A DNA stretch of 64,000 nt from Eledone cirrhosa. Lineage: Eukaryota. The stretch covers positions 371,504,001 through 371,568,000 of the forward strand of contig OZ024743.1 of NCBI GenBank assembly GCA_964016885.1, written 5' to 3'. This document shows positions 12,884 through 26,927 of the stretch, piece by piece (position 1 is the first letter of the stretch; each line of letters starts with the position of its first letter). The notes below the pieces were generated by a model. That model had not been told where the DNA came from. It did not search any database and saw only the letters and a list, made by a program, of their open reading frames with translations. The position numbers and the translations under genes were made by a program.

Positions 12884-13011
12884 TTACAGTATATGAATGT
12901 GTTTCTATCTAAACATTATTCCAATACTACGTTCTTAATACCAGGATAAATAATATTTTAAGTTAATTTACTCCGGCTGAGGCCATGCTGGGGCACCGCC
13001 CTTATATATTA

Positions 13012-13045
13012 CTAGCTGAGGTACCCAGCTTCGCCAAGGTTAACA
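13012..13045 (-). mobile_element. Helitron-type 3' terminus; extent of the element undetermined
   Basis: Reverse complement reads ccttggcgaagctgggtacctcagCTAG|T, similar to the terminus at 57731-57760. Confidence 0.6.
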
Positions 13046-13119
13046 AATGATAAGAGAAGACCGGTGAAGAGAAAACGTCTGTATTGAATGCATTGTCTTG
13101 TTTACAGTGTGTGTGCATG

Positions 13120-13290
13120 TTGGTGTATGTGTGTGTGTGTGTAAACCACCGTTGGAATCGGAGACATAGGCCGTGAAACACGATCATCACTGACAACGAA
13201 CTCGCAGAGAGAATCCCTTATGGTTGATTCCCAGCCTGCTAGAAATAGCAGTCAGGTTGGTTAGCATACGTGGTATGTCTTTCTTCTTCT
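13120..13290. repeat. Dispersed repeat with an inverted homolog at ~48030-48180
   Basis: aaacacgatcatc..gcagagagaatcccttatg..agaaatagcagtc is shared with the reverse complement of 48030-48180. Confidence 0.65.
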
Positions 13291-13952
13291 TAGGTGTTAT
13301 AAAATTAGTATAAAAAAACTTTCCTGGATATATTCTTATCCCAATCCTCTACATACTTTCCGATTGTCGCTTTTCGTTTTTTTTCATGTGATACGCGAAG
13401 GAACCAACCAACAAATATCTCTCCTTTATATTTTTCAACTAATTCTGTCGTACAATATACACCAGCAATCATTATCTAATGTTTAAAACATATGAATAGC
13501 TGCGATATATGCACCATATCAATCAAAAACGATATGAGAATTGAATACCGTGCCAGTAAGCTTGCTAAGAACCTGCAGATAGAAATGTTAATAAAGACAA
13601 CATTTGTCATAGGTAAACTTTAAGATGTTCTTTCATTGTAGGTTTCTTTTCTCAGAAAAGAAAATTGATAGTTACAACAATAAAGGTTGAACAGAGAACA
13701 CATTTTTTTAACAAACTTTACAATAATTTGTACAACCATAATGGAAATTCCAAATAACAGAAAATACATAAATTACATTGAGAGAGCCTCAGAGTATACA
13801 ATATTTTTTGTTCGGCCCTCGGGAGCAAAGATGAAGAGGTTGTTTGGCGAGCTCACCCTAGAGCATCCTACATACAATTGACCATGGTTTTCCCAGATGA
13901 AGGCCAGCCACTTTTAGGGTTTGACCTTGACCTTAGTCTCTCTGTTACTCTA

Positions 13953-14195
13953 GTAACATTTTTTCTTCTGGAAAATCTGATCTTGCGGCCAGGCTAGGAC
14001 TTTTGGGGTGCATATCGGCAGTAACAATGATGATAAGCCGTCTGTGCTTTCGTAAAATAAATACGTTTGTTATAACATTTTTTCTTCTGGAAAATCTGAT
14101 CTTGTGGCCAGGCTGGGACTTTTTGGGTGGCATATCGGCAGTAACAATGACGATAAGCCGTCTGTGCTTTCGTGAAATAAATATATTTGTTTATA
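13953..14195. repeat. Tandem duplication of a ~120-bp unit (2 copies)
   Basis: taacattttttcttctggaaaatctgatcttg..gataagccgtctgtgctttcgt occurs twice. Confidence 0.9.
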
Positions 14196-14467
14196 TTTTG
14201 TTTTTGTGTATGCAAAAATATCTGTACACAAAATATATATATATTAAAATAACAGATTAAAGTTTAAGCGAAGAATCGCTGCTTTCACCCTTAACGGGAT
14301 TTTCTGAAACTAAAAAAAATCAATCTGTGAACGCAGAAGTAAATATTTCGAAAAATGTTGCAATCGAAAGAAAACAGGAAGGTGATACTTTGGTTCGTGA
14401 AGACGTTAGCAATATCGTATAACCGGAAGTGTTGACATTTGAAAATTTTGAAGAAGTGAATATTTAA

Positions 14468-14545
14468 ATAATTGTTTCTACTTTTGGCACAAGGCCAGCA
14501 ATTATCCCAGTGTATTACTGGTACTTTATTTTATCAACCCCGTAA
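14468..14545 (-). mobile_element. SINE 3' fragment
   Basis: ataattgtttctacttttggcacaaggcc..tttattttatcaaccccgtaa. Confidence 0.8.
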
Positions 14546-14779
14546 AAATCATTTAAAACAAACATTTATTAACAACACATATCTAAATGATTGACAAACG
14601 TCACATCAATAAACTAGTAACCCCATCTAGCTTTGAAGTTATAAACTGTTGGAAACAAGTTCATAACTTTGAAGTTATGGCTGTTGAAAAAAAGTTCAAA
14701 CATGTTTGGACAAGTTATCTTGTCCATGGCACTGGAATGCATACATGTCAGGGTGTGTTATCTCATCTATGACACTGAA

Positions 14780-15135
14780 GAAGTTAAGTACAAAAATTTC
14801 AAAGGCTAGTGCAGTTATGTGCCAGCTTCAGCATTCAGTAATCAGAAGAAGGGAGGTAGGCGTAAAAGCCAAACTTGCTATCTTCAATTCGGTTTTTGTG
14901 TCAACCCTTACCTATGGTCATAAATCTTGGGTAACGACTGAAAGAATACAAGCAGCCGAAATGGGATTACTCCGAAGGGTCTTTGGAGTAATGTTACTCA
15001 AGAAAGTGCGTAGCTCGGAGATCAGAGAGTCACTCCAGGTAGAGCCGGTACTTCTCCAAATTGAGATATCACACCTCTGGTACTATGGGCATGTGGTTAG
15101 AATGTCTCAGGAGAGAATTGCTGGACAGATTTTAC
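14780..15135 (+). mobile_element. RTE-clade LINE fragment (RT C-terminal region, distinct family)
   Basis: KLAIFNSVFVSTLTYG..IQAAEMGLLRR..LWYYGHVVRM. Confidence 0.8.
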
Positions 15136-15183
15136 GGAAGCATAGTTTACATGTTGTATTGTTACGTCTATATGCAGAGGATC

Positions 15184-18100
15184 TCATCATCATCATCGTT
15201 TAACGTCCGTGTTCCATGCTTGCATGGGTTTGGACGGGAGTTTTCCCACTTGAGGCAAGAGTGGTTGTCTTGCTCGCATAGGACTGTCTGGCGGGTTTTC
15301 TACAGCTGGATGCCCTTCCTAACACCAACCACATTTACAGTGTGGGACTGGGAGGTTTTTACCGTGTTGCCTACACGGCCACATTACAGCGTGGACTGTG
15401 TGTTTTTTTTGTCGTGACACCTACACGATCTCATTTATTTCGGCCTGGATGTTGTGGAACCAACATAACTTTACATTGAAAGGGGCGGTGTGGATGGGGT
15501 GGGGTGGTGGGACGGGGGTGTATTTTGTTAGAGATGCCTACTGACTGTAGTAGGTTTTACTTTGTATTTAGGTAAGGCGGGGTCTTCTCTATTACTGAGT
15601 ACCGCCAAAGGTCTCGGTCCAGTGACATTGTCTTGGTGAGGTGTAAGTGTGTGAGGTCGGAGTTTATAAGCTCGTCCCAGGTTTCTCTGGGTCTGCCTAT
15701 TCCGTGGCTACCGTCTATCTTTATTGCCCTGCACTTTGTTATACAGCTGTCGTCTTTCATGCGCATCACGTGACCATACCAACGTAGCCTTCTCTCGAGT
15801 AAACAACATCTGATCCCTCTTATTTCTAATTTTTCCCTTAGTTTGTTTATGCTTTGCCGTTCGCGTATATTACTATTACACATCCAGCGGAGCATGCAAG
15901 CTTCGTTCCTCTCTAGTCTGCGTATATCCTCTGCACTCAATGCCCAGGTCTCACTGCCATGCAGCATTGCTGTTCGTATGCAGGCATCATACAGCCTGCC
16001 TTTCATTTTTAGGGAGAACCCTTTAGCGGCTAATAGTGGTATAAGCTCTCTGAACTTTTTCCATCCAGTTCTGACTCTAGCTACAGTACTTTCAGAGCAC
16101 CCTCCCCCACTGCTGATTTTGTCACCCAGGTAACGGAAGCTGTCCACTATTTCTATAGAACCCTCTGCGCAATTGAAAGAGCTAGTATTTTGTGGGCACT
16201 TGCTGCTACTTATTGCACCAGAGCACCGGCCACATGTAAAATCTATGTTCTTAGTTAGCTTACCTGTGATCCCACTACATCTTTTATGTACCCATACTTT
16301 GCATTTGGGACATAAAATGGAGTTTCTACCTACGTCTTTCCTACACACTGAGCATGGCCATTTCCCGGAAGGGACCGGCGCCTTATTTTCTTTCCTACAA
16401 ACTAGAACTTTAGTCTTAGCCAGGTTCATTTTAAGGCCTTTTGATTCTAGGCCGTGCTTCCATGTTTGGAATTTCTTCTCTAGCTCGACCTTTGATTCAG
16501 CTATGAGCGTTAGATCATCTGCGTATAGGAGTTCCCATGGGCAGCCGGTCTTGAACTCCACTGTTATAGCCTGAAGGGCAATAATAAATAGTAGGGGGCT
16601 AAGAACAGAGCCCTGATGAACACCAACTTTTACGCTAAACTCTTCACTATATTCGTTGTTAATTCTAACCTTGCTGACTGTTTCTTTATACATGGCTTGT
16701 ATAGCTCTCACAAGCCATTCATCAACACCTAGTTTTCTAAGAGCCCACGAAAGCTAAGTATAGGGGTTTAATTTTAGCTAGGTACTTCTCCTGTAGTTGT
16801 CGTACAATGAAAAGAGCGTCTGTGGTACTTTTGCCTGACACAAACCCGAACTACATTTCATCTAGATCAATTCTCTCTCTGATTAGTTGCGCTATTACTT
16901 TTTCCGTGACCTTCATGACCTGGTCGATTAATTTAATGCCTCTATAGTTACTCCTATCTAGGGCGTCTCCTTTACCCTTGTAGCAGTTAACGATGATGCT
17001 GCTACGCCAGTCCTTCGGAACAACCCCATTCTGTATGACTTGGTTTACTATCCGGGTGACCATGGTGTGTCCCACCGTTCCAGAGGCTTTCAGCATCTCA
17101 GCAATTATTTCCGAAGGCCCAGCCGCCTTACCCGTCTTCATATCTTTGATTGCCTTACTTATTATACTACCTTCGACTAACACTGCTGGTCCCTCTATTG
17201 GGTCGATGTGGGGGAGACTGTCTTTCTCCCATTTATTCTCCTCATTTAGTAGCCTTTCGTAGTGACACTTCCAAGCTACCTTCTTATCAGCGTCAGTGAT
17301 GGCGAGTACGCCATCATCATTAAGTACACACTTCTCCCCGACAATATCACGGTTTTCCTTGACACATTGCCTAGCAATCCTGAACACCTCACGTTTTTGG
17401 TCCTCGCGTTGTAGAACATGCTTGAACTTTCTTTCCTCTGCTTCCCTTCTTGCGAAGTACACTTGTCTCCTAGCTTCCCTCCTGGCCACTTGATAGTCTT
17501 CTCTACTTCCCCCATCCCGCCATACTTTCCAAGCCTGCTTTTTGGCACTAATTGACTCCTCCACCTTACTGTTCCACCACCATGTTACTCTCCTCCTGCC
17601 TACAGGCCTGCTCCAGCCACAGACTTCGTCTGCCGCCATCAGCAGGTTTGCTTTCAGAAATTCCCACTGTTCCTCTATATTGTACGACTCTAATTGCTCT
17701 TCCTTACTGTCGAAAGCATCAAGTAATATGCTTTTAAATTTATTTCTGACTGTGGGGTCCTTTAGATTCCATATTTTTCTCCTGAGGATAGTCCTCTTCT
17801 GCTGTCGAGTACGTTTCGTCCTGACTATGAGGTCGCTAATTATCAGTCTATGTTGGGAGGTGCATTCTTCATGGGGGAGGGATTTAGTGTTTACAACAGA
17901 CACTCTGTCACGTCTTCTGGTAAGGATATAATCTACCTGGCTGGTATGTTCCCCTGATCTGTAGGTGATCAAGTGATTGTCTCGTTTTTTGAAGTTAGTG
18001 TTACAGATAGTTAGGTTATTTGCATCACAGAATTCCAGGATTCTGGAGCCTTCCTCGTTTCTAGTACCAAACCCATAGCCTCCGTGGATTCCGTCATAGC

Positions 18101-19605
18101 CGTCACAATGTTGACCAACGTGGCCATTTAGGTCGCCAGCAATAATTATATAGTCACTGTCGGTTATTTGAGAGGTAGTGAGCATCAGTGTCTCATAGAA
18201 TCTGTCTTTTATAGCGCCAGGCAGTCCGGATTGGGGCGCGTATGCAGATATTACTGTCACAGTAGTTCTATTTAGAACAAGTCTTATTTTAATTATTCTG
18301 TCATTTACTCTATTTACATCTATTATCTTATCCACCCATTTTTCTGCTAACATGATTCCTACCCCATCTATCCCATTGTCATTTCCCACCCAGAAAAACT
18401 TATAGCAACGTTTTTTACCCACAATGAATCTAGCAGACTCGCCCCTCCACCTGGTCTCTTGGATACAGCAAACATCAACCTCCTTACGTTCAAGCATTTC
18501 TACAACCTCGTTAGAGCGGCCTTTTAAGGTGCCTACATTTATGGTACCAACTCTGAAGTTTTGGATTGTGTTTGGAGGATGAGGCGCAGGGATGGGTGAG
18601 GGGGATGGGGTTGGGGTTATGTTGGCCATCCGCGGCCGAAACAAAGAGGAGGGGGCCTTGCCCTTTCGTCCGGCAGCATGAGGTGAATTTGTCGTTATCT
18701 TTGGCATTGTCATCGAGTGTCCAGATTCTTCAGACTCTCCAGAAATTCCTTAGTCCATCCATCATATCGAAAAACAGCCAGAAGTGATAGCATAAGCCGT
18801 TGACTTGTGATTGGTCCAAATAATAAGGTGGAGAGTGGGGGCGGGAGGGAGAGGTATGGTGTAGTTAGCAAAGAGAAGATTATTTAGAACAAATGGGGTA
18901 GTTAGCGAGAGGTTTTAAATGAAATCTTCGAATTTTGGGGGGCATAATTGGAGAGGCATATAACAGTAATAATAAGCGAATAATGGGGTTTTAAAATACA
19001 AGAAGATTATTTAGAACAATATGAATGAATGGACCGATAGGCTGGAGAGAGATAAGAAAAATGGCATTTACATTATACTTCGCAGGGACGAGGTCTGACC
19101 ATTTTTAAGCGTTGACAAATTCTGAGATTCGTACCTCGCAACAGGTTTATTTATATTTGGTGAGAGAAGGGAGTGATTGAAAGGGTGAACTAGCCAGCGC
19201 GTAATACGCTATAGTGGGGACGGGGGGTAAAGGATAAGAGGGACATTGAGGCCATTTTATAAACCCTAGCATTTTTCGGCCAAAATTAAACAAACAAGAT
19301 TGTTATTTTAGAAAAGCAAAGAGAAGATTATTTAGAACAAATGGGGTAGTTAGCGAGAAGTTTTAAATGAAATCTTCGAATTTTGGAGGGCATAATTGGA
19401 GAAGGATATAACAGTAATAATAAGCGAATAATGGGGTTTTAAAATACAAGAAGATTATTTAGAAACAACCAGACAGAATTATAGAATAGCATTGAGAGAG
19501 AGCAAAGATTGGATTCTGGGCGATAATACGGATATATGAATGAATGGACCGATAGCAAAGAGAAGATTATTTAGAACAATATGAATGAATGGACCGATGG
19601 GCTGG
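15184..19605 (-). mobile_element. Near full-length RTE LINE (APE endonuclease + RT with internal PHD-like finger), inactivated
   Basis: ORF 18713-16851 (GTINVGTL, IQETRW, SAYAPQ, GDLNGH, VDYIL, SQHR) and ORF 16711-15557 (GVHQGSVLSP, YADD, RLRWYGH). TAG replaces CAG at 16851-16853 and a deletion near 16750 removes DLEKAFD. (TGA)n tail at 15184-15197. The 5' region 18860-19605 has direct repeats; the 5' boundary is approximate. Confidence 0.93.
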
Positions 19606-20730
19606 ATCCTACTTTAATGTATATGGGATGTTCTTATTTTTAATTCCCAGATAAACTTGTAGCAGTGAATAAAATGTATTTTCCTTCTGCGGCGGAATGG
19701 TGTTACGGAGGTAAGTTGGCTGAAGTGTGAGCCAATCGAAACCTTCGGTGCACTAAGTCGACTGTCCAGAACTACGTCACCAGTGTGAGCGGAGGTGACC
19801 AAGAGAGACATTAGTCTACACGCACCTCTCTTATCGACAAGACCAGGCTACACTCCTCGCTGCTAACAACATCTCCATCTTGCAATGAAGCGGACCAAAC
19901 AACATCCTACACATGTAGATACGACCTGTACCTAATGTATCCGTTCAACATGTACAACTAATAAATAGAGTTACAACATCGATAATGGATTTAGTCAATG
20001 TTCTAAATGCCTTCTGATCTCTATTATGTATATTAAGAATTGACCCTAAAACCCGTTATAAATGGTGACCCCGACGTGATACGATACAACAAATCACATT
20101 ATAAATGGTGACCCGAACGTTTAAGGACATCAACACAGAAGAAACCACATCTTTCCGTTGCAACGAACACATCAACATTTCGCCCCCCCCCCCCCCCCCC
20201 CCCCCAAAAAAAAACAAAGCCACTCGCCTTTTCTCGGGGTATGTACGCGATTAGCGTGAGTCCTAATATGTATTTGATATATTGTCTTATTGTTACTAAA
20301 TCTGCACATCACACCTTCACTTTCTAACATCACCGAACACATGCGTTAATACAAAAATCTAAATACTCTAAATTTCTGATTGGGCGACGCTATAAAAAAA
20401 CTAAAAAAAAAACTGTTGGCGTTGATAGCCGGTCAGAGCAAGATGGCCGACTTCCGTCTTCTTCAGCTGTTTTCCCGCCAAAATGACGGAGGCAACGCCA
20501 TTTTGAAAAGTACACAAAAAAAAAAAAAAATAATAATAGGACGAAGATAAATCATAATTTTTTTTTTTAAAGCTTGACGTTTTCCCCTCCAACATTGTTT
20601 TTGATATATTTTTCTTTTTCTGTCCTTCACTCGGATTATATTTTTTCTTGGCCTGAATGTTCACTTTTGTCTCGGTGACAAGTGCAGAGTTGTCCTTTCT
20701 TTGCCCTTTGCTTTTACATCAGTATACACA

Positions 20731-21638
20731 ATGGGTAGCACTTCATTGCCACCGTTTACCGGTGACGTCACTGTCTGGTTCGCCCAGATAGAAGCACATT
20801 TCACAGCGAATAACATCACCAGTGACCACAGACAGTTAAATCTCCTGTTAAGCGCTTTTCCAGCGTCATTGACGTCGGTCGTCAAAGACTTAATTACCGA
20901 TCCTCGCCCTGGGGCCTCCTATGAGAGCGTGAAGCTCGAAGTGTTGCGGCGGACCACATTGTCCGCAGAAAAAAAATTTCAGACGCTCGTCAATGACGAA
21001 CATTTGGGTGATCGGACGCCCACACAACTACTGCGTCGGATGAGAGAGCTGGCGGAAGATGCCCCAGCTGACAGTGCCCTCCTTAGACAGCTTTTTGTCT
21101 CAAGGCTACCCCCGGAGTTCAGGCGATCTTAGCGCCCATGATGGAGGCTGCTCCTGTCGACCAGCTAGCGGCTTCGGCCGACAGGGTTATGAGTGTCATC
21201 GGACACCCAGCCTCATTTGCCCCCTTCCAGGCACCTCAGCCACCGGCTGCGGTCAATCCGTTCTCTCCTGCCTCCTTCCAGGCACCTCAGCCACCGGCTG
21301 CGGTCAATCCGTTCGCTCCTGTCTCCTTCAATGTATCCCAGCCGCCGACTGCGGTCGCTTCCTTCACTCCAGCGGCTGCCAGTTATACCGACCAGTCACT
21401 TGCAAATGCAGCAATGCTGCAAGCAATAGAGCAGCTAACCAAGGAAGTGAGAAAACTAAGCACTCACAGGGCTCATTCGCCCAGACGCCGTTTCCAGAGC
21501 CGTTCACCCTCGCCACGACGCCGTCACACAAGCAGTTCAGGTTTGTGTTACTACCACAGCCGTTTTGGCGCAGCAGCACGCTCCTGTAAACAGCCTTGTA
21601 CATTTTCAGACCAGGGAAACAGATTTCAGGAGACCTGA
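20731..21638 (+). pseudogene. gag: Gypsy #2 gag, broken by a single frameshift near 21115
   Basis: LPPF..WFAQIEAHF..LGDRTPTQLLRRMR..FVSRLP, then the frame shifts into [27 protein letters not shown]. Contains a tandem 17-aa Pro-rich duplication. Confidence 0.85.
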
Positions 21639-24600
21639 GCACGGCACAGTCTCCTCTGACCCTCCCTAATAACCGTGTGTTTTTCATCACAGACACTGAG
21701 TCGCAAGCACGTTGTCTGATCGACACCGGCGCGGCTTGTAGCATTTGGCCGCTAAAACTTCTCAAAGAGAAGCCCCAACTCTCAACCGTCTCTCTGCAAG
21801 CAGTAAACCAGTCACCGATCCCCACGTACGGTCAGATTTCTCGTTCTTTGAACCTGGAATTGCGTAGAGATTTCACGTGGATCTTCACTGTTGCTGATCT
21901 GCCTTACCCCATCCTAGGCTCAGATTTCCTGCACCACTATAACTTGATAGTGGATATGCGCAGACGCCGGTTGTTGGATGCCAACACAGAACTGTCTGTG
22001 CCGAGTACCAGATCGACTGTCTCGTCGGTCAGCCCGGTCTTCTTTATCGCTGCTACAGAAGATCCTTACCAATCACTTTTGCATTCCTTCCCGGAATTAA
22101 CAAATTTGAATTTTGTGATGAGTGAGCCTACTCACTCCACCAAGCACCACATTGAAACATCCGGAGCTCCTGTGTTTTCGCGCCCTCGCCGTCTCTCTGC
22201 TGAGAAACTGAAGGCCGCAAGGGCTGAATTCAATCACATGCTGCAGCTCGGGATCATTCGCCCATCCTCAAGCCCGTGGGCCGCACCCTTGCATTTGGTA
22301 CCAAAGCGTTCCGGTGATTGGCGTCCCACTGGGGACTTTCGCCGGTTAAATGCAATGACGGTACCCGACCGCTACCCGATACCACACATACAGGATTTTG
22401 CATCTTCGCTGCATGGATGCAACATATTCTCCAAATTGGATTTGGTCAAAGCATACCACCAAATCCCGGTGAACCCGGCAGACATACCTAAAACTGCAGT
22501 AACAACTCCATTTGGAGCGTTTGAATTTTTGACCATGCCTTTCGGTTTGCGAAACGCAGCCAGCACGTTCCAACGATTTATGGATGAAGTTGTGCGCGAT
22601 TTAGACTTCGTGTACAACTACATCGACGACATTCTTGTGGCAAGTGCCTCACCTGAGGAACATGTCACTCACCTCCGTCTCCTGTTCGAGAGATTTCAAA
22701 AATACCAAGTGAGAATTAATCCGGCAAAATGTGTTTTCGGTGCTTCCTCACTTGTCTTCTTGGGCCATGTCATCAGCCCAGAAGGAATTGCGCCACTACC
22801 TGATAAAGTGAAAGCGGTACAAGACCTCCAACCACCCACTTCACTTCGTCAACTACGACATTTCCTTGGGCTACTGAACTATTACAGGCGCTTTATCCCA
22901 CACTGCACGGATCTCCTGTCTCCTCTGTCCGACCTGTTACGTAACAGGAAAAAGAAGAACGATTCCATTTCATTGGACACGAATCAGCTAAAAGCCTTCG
23001 ACGAAGTGAAGCGGAAGCTTGCGGAGACATCACTGCTTGCACATTCTGTGTCTGGTGCCCAGTTTTCACTGGTTGTTGATGCATCAGGCACAGCTGTAGG
23101 TGCAGTACTGCAACAACATCACCAACAACAGTTACAACCTCTTGCCTACTTTTCTAAACAGCTGAAGCCTGCAGAAACACGGTATAGCACATTCGGCCGT
23201 GAACTCTTGGCTATGTACCTTGCAGTGAAACACTTTCGGCATTCACTGGAGGGTCGCCAATTTGTTATATACACTGACCACCGTCCGCTTACGTTCGCAC
23301 TGCGTTCTAAGCCGGACAAATATTCACCTCGCGAAACTCGCCACTTGGACTTCGTTTCGCAATTTACCAGCGATATCCGACACATCTCTGGTGGACAGAA
23401 TGCGGCGGCAGATGCACTGTCTCGCCTCCCAATTAATTCCCTGTCATCGCCAGCGGAAATCGACCTCCAACGAATGGCCACAGAACAACCACCTCTGGAT
23501 ACTTTGGACCTCTCGTCTTCTGAATTTGCAACTGGCAAATTTGCATATCTGCCTGTGCCCACTTCGGACACACAGATTATCTGCGACACCTCGACAGATG
23601 CACCTCGCCCTCTAGTGCCAGTGACTCATCGTCGAGCAGTTTTCGACACCTTGCACGGTCTGGCACACCCTGGAATATCGACCACAGTGAAGCTCATTTC
23701 GGCTAGATTCTTCTGGCCTAATATGAGGCGTGACATCACTGCCTGGACACGTTCCTGCCTATCCTGCCAAAAGTCAAAGGTGCACAAACACATCCGCGCA
23801 CCACTTGGAACTTTCAGCACTCCAGACGCTAGGTTCAGCCATGTCCATATAGATCTTGTCGGACCATGGCCGGTCAGCCGAGGATTTACATACCTCCTGA
23901 CCTGCATAGATCGCTTCACACGTTGGCCTGAAGCCATTCCTTTAAGTGACATTTCGGCGGAATCTGTAGCGCGAGCTCTAGTATCGGGTTGGATATCGCG
24001 TTACGGAGTTCCAGCCACTATCACCACTGACCGCGGTGGACAATTTGAGTCACACCTTTTCCGAGAGCTTTCAAGGATCCTGGGAATGCAACGCATTCGA
24101 ACGACCAGCTACCATCCAGCTTCTAACGGAATGATTGAACGCTTCCACCGCCAATTGAAAGCCGCACTGCGCGCTTATCCGGATCAGCAGCGGTGGAGCG
24201 AATATGTACCAATTGTCCTCCTGGGCTGTCGTGCAGCCATCAAGGAAGATCTAGGCTACTCCCCCGCCGAGTTGGTTTACGGAGTGCCTATATCTCTGCC
24301 TGGTCAGATGTTAGCTCCATTGGACCTACCAGCAACAGACCCAGCTCTGTATGTGAGCAGACTGCAATCATATTTCAGCAATCTTCCGCCTATGCACCCT
24401 CGCCAACAGACAATCAAAGCTTCGGTCCCGAAAGACATTGCTTCATGGACCCACGTCTTTTTACGAAAGGACGCCGTGAGAGCTCCTCTCATGCCACCTT
24501 ATACCGGTCCCTATCGCGTGCTTGAGCGCACAGATAAGCTATTCACCCTAGACATTGGGGGTAAAAAAGAGACTGTGTCCATTGATAGGGTAAAACGGGC

Positions 24601-24769
24601 CTATACAGACACTCTCACACAAGAGCCCCATTTTCCCCCCACATACACCTGGCATCAGCCAAGCCACAATACACATATAACATCGCACACACCTACATAT
24701 GTCACCACCACACGTAGCGGTCGGCGGGTACATTGGCCCAAGAAGCTTTGCAAGACTCTTTATATATGA
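21596..24769 (+). CDS. pol: Gypsy #2 pol polyprotein (PR-RT-RNase H-IN), probably expressed by -1 frameshift
   Basis: Uninterrupted 1057-codon frame: LIDTGA, LDLVKAY, YIDD, VDAS, HHCC, HIDLVG..TDRG..MIERFH, GPY. Slippery G GGA AAC at 21614-21620. Confidence 0.95.
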   Translation: MYIFRPGKQISGDLSTAQSPLTLPNNRVFFITDTESQARCLIDTGAACSIWPLKLLKEKPQLSTVSLQAVNQSPIPTYGQISRSLNLELRRDFTWIFTVADLPYPILGSDFLHHYNLIVDMRRRRLLDANTELSVPSTRSTVSSVSPVFFIAATEDPYQSLLHSFPELTNLNFVMSEPTHSTKHHIETSGAPVFSRPRRLSAEKLKAARAEFNHMLQLGIIRPSSSPWAAPLHLVPKRSGDWRPTGDFRRLNAMTVPDRYPIPHIQDFASSLHGCNIFSKLDLVKAYHQIPVNPADIPKTAVTTPFGAFEFLTMPFGLRNAASTFQRFMDEVVRDLDFVYNYIDDILVASASPEEHVTHLRLLFERFQKYQVRINPAKCVFGASSLVFLGHVISPEGIAPLPDKVKAVQDLQPPTSLRQLRHFLGLLNYYRRFIPHCTDLLSPLSDLLRNRKKKNDSISLDTNQLKAFDEVKRKLAETSLLAHSVSGAQFSLVVDASGTAVGAVLQQHHQQQLQPLAYFSKQLKPAETRYSTFGRELLAMYLAVKHFRHSLEGRQFVIYTDHRPLTFALRSKPDKYSPRETRHLDFVSQFTSDIRHISGGQNAAADALSRLPINSLSSPAEIDLQRMATEQPPLDTLDLSSSEFATGKFAYLPVPTSDTQIICDTSTDAPRPLVPVTHRRAVFDTLHGLAHPGISTTVKLISARFFWPNMRRDITAWTRSCLSCQKSKVHKHIRAPLGTFSTPDARFSHVHIDLVGPWPVSRGFTYLLTCIDRFTRWPEAIPLSDISAESVARALVSGWISRYGVPATITTDRGGQFESHLFRELSRILGMQRIRTTSYHPASNGMIERFHRQLKAALRAYPDQQRWSEYVPIVLLGCRAAIKEDLGYSPAELVYGVPISLPGQMLAPLDLPATDPALYVSRLQSYFSNLPPMHPRQQTIKASVPKDIASWTHVFLRKDAVRAPLMPPYTGPYRVLERTDKLFTLDIGGKKETVSIDRVKRAYTDTLTQEPHFPPTYTWHQPSHNTHITSHTPTYVTTTRSGRRVHWPKKLCKTLYI

Positions 24770-25931
24770 ACTATGTTATTTACAGCAATCTTCTTGGAGT
24801 TTGCTCCGCCCTTGTATTTGTATTAAATGTATGAACTAAGGTGAACATTACACTATTTCTGACTTTCCTGTAATATGAACATTTCTTTATCAGTGATATA
24901 TTTTATTGTGTTTACTATTATATAGTACTTTTTCTTTCATTCAACTGCTACCCTTATTTCTCTGTCGGCTGTAAGCCTAAGCAGGGGGTGATGTAGCAGT
25001 GAATAAAATGTATTTTCCTTCTGCGGCGGAATGGTGTTACGGAGGTAAGTTGGCTGAAGTGTGAGCCAATCGAAACCTTCGGTGCACTAAGTCGACTGTC
25101 CAGAACTACGTCACCAGTGTGAGCGGAGGTGACCAAGAGAGACATTAGTCTACACGCACCTCTCTTATCGACAAGACCAGGCTACACTCCTCGCTGCTAA
25201 CAACATCTCCATCTTGCAATGAAGCGGACCAAACTACATCCTACACATGTAGATACGACCTGTACCTAATGTATCCGTTCAACATGTACAACTAATAAAT
25301 AGAGTTACAACATCGATAATGGATTTAGTCAATGTTCTAAATGCCTTCTGATCTCTATTATGTATATTAAGAATTGACCCTAAAACCCGTTATAAACTAG
25401 CTAATGATGTCATATATTTTAATTTAGGTTTTCTAAAGAATGAAGATGGGAATTAAATCTTGATTTGAAACTATTTGAGGTAACTCTTATGTAAAATTTA
25501 GAATGCCAAGAGATGTTAACTGTGCACCTATATACTATATTGTTAGTTAAGCAATTACTGCTAAGTGGGCATAATGTCTTGTTTCTATAGTTACAGTTTG
25601 AATTACTAATAGAGTTAGTGTGGGGGGTTGTAGATCTTAGGATATTGCTATTAACTGGAATATTACTGTTGCTGTGGGTGCTAATATTATTGAAAGAGTT
25701 TGATGTAATTTATATGTTATTCATATTTTCAAGTATTAGGTTATTAGTATTATTATTTGAAGAGTTATTTTGGTTATTTTGGTTAGATGTATTTAATAGC
25801 TGTGTGTTATTCATTTAAAATGATTTAGTATGTTTTTTTAATTTCCTACTGTTACTAAATCCAATTATGTGGCTATATTAGGTGTAGTTGAGAAAGAGAT
25901 TTTAATTGCATTCTTGTTAATTAGTCTATAG

Positions 25932-26309
<378 letters not shown>

Positions 26310-26927
26310 ATCTATAGTATATATGCCCAGGTGGGAAGTTCCTATCTATTATAAAGAAGAAGAGTTTAGGTATATTAGTGGATATATTTTAATTAAATGC
26401 TAGGTTAAAAAATGTGTTTAACCACCTGTAGTTTCTTTTATTGCTGTTATTTTAGCTTATCTTTATATCATTATATTGGTTAATTCTGTGTGTGGATATA
26501 CCACTGGTTTTTGGTTGTTTATATTCAGTGTTCATATTATTTTGGGTTGCTGGTTTTATGCGGGGATTAAAGAGTTTGTGTGTTTATTTTATTGTTTCTA
26601 ATACGTTTCTTATTATTATCATCTATACTATTGGTGTTAGTCTGTGTATTCTTATCTATTGTATGGTTAAGTAGATTATTATTATGTTTTAAATTGGATT
26701 AATTCATTGCCGTATTATATGATATTATATTATTTGATCTACCCTTCTTTATACTACAATCTACATATCCAATTTTATCAGTGTGGCTTGAACGAGATAA
26801 AGCTACATTATAATATGGTCCATTTTGGTGAAAGATAGTTTCATTATAAGATAAGGTGCTAATTCAAACAGTATTTTTAACTGAATATATATATATCTAT
26901 CTATCTTTATATGTATATGTATATATA

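Larger units (their letters stand above)
19658..25394 (+). mobile_element. Ty3/Gypsy LTR retrotransposon #2, full-length and young
   Basis: 403-bp LTRs 19658-20060 and 24992-25394 (one mismatch seen), 4-bp TSD AACT, tRNA-Trp PBS TGGTGACCCCGACGTGAT at 20063-20080, PPT before 24992, gag and pol. Confidence 0.97.
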
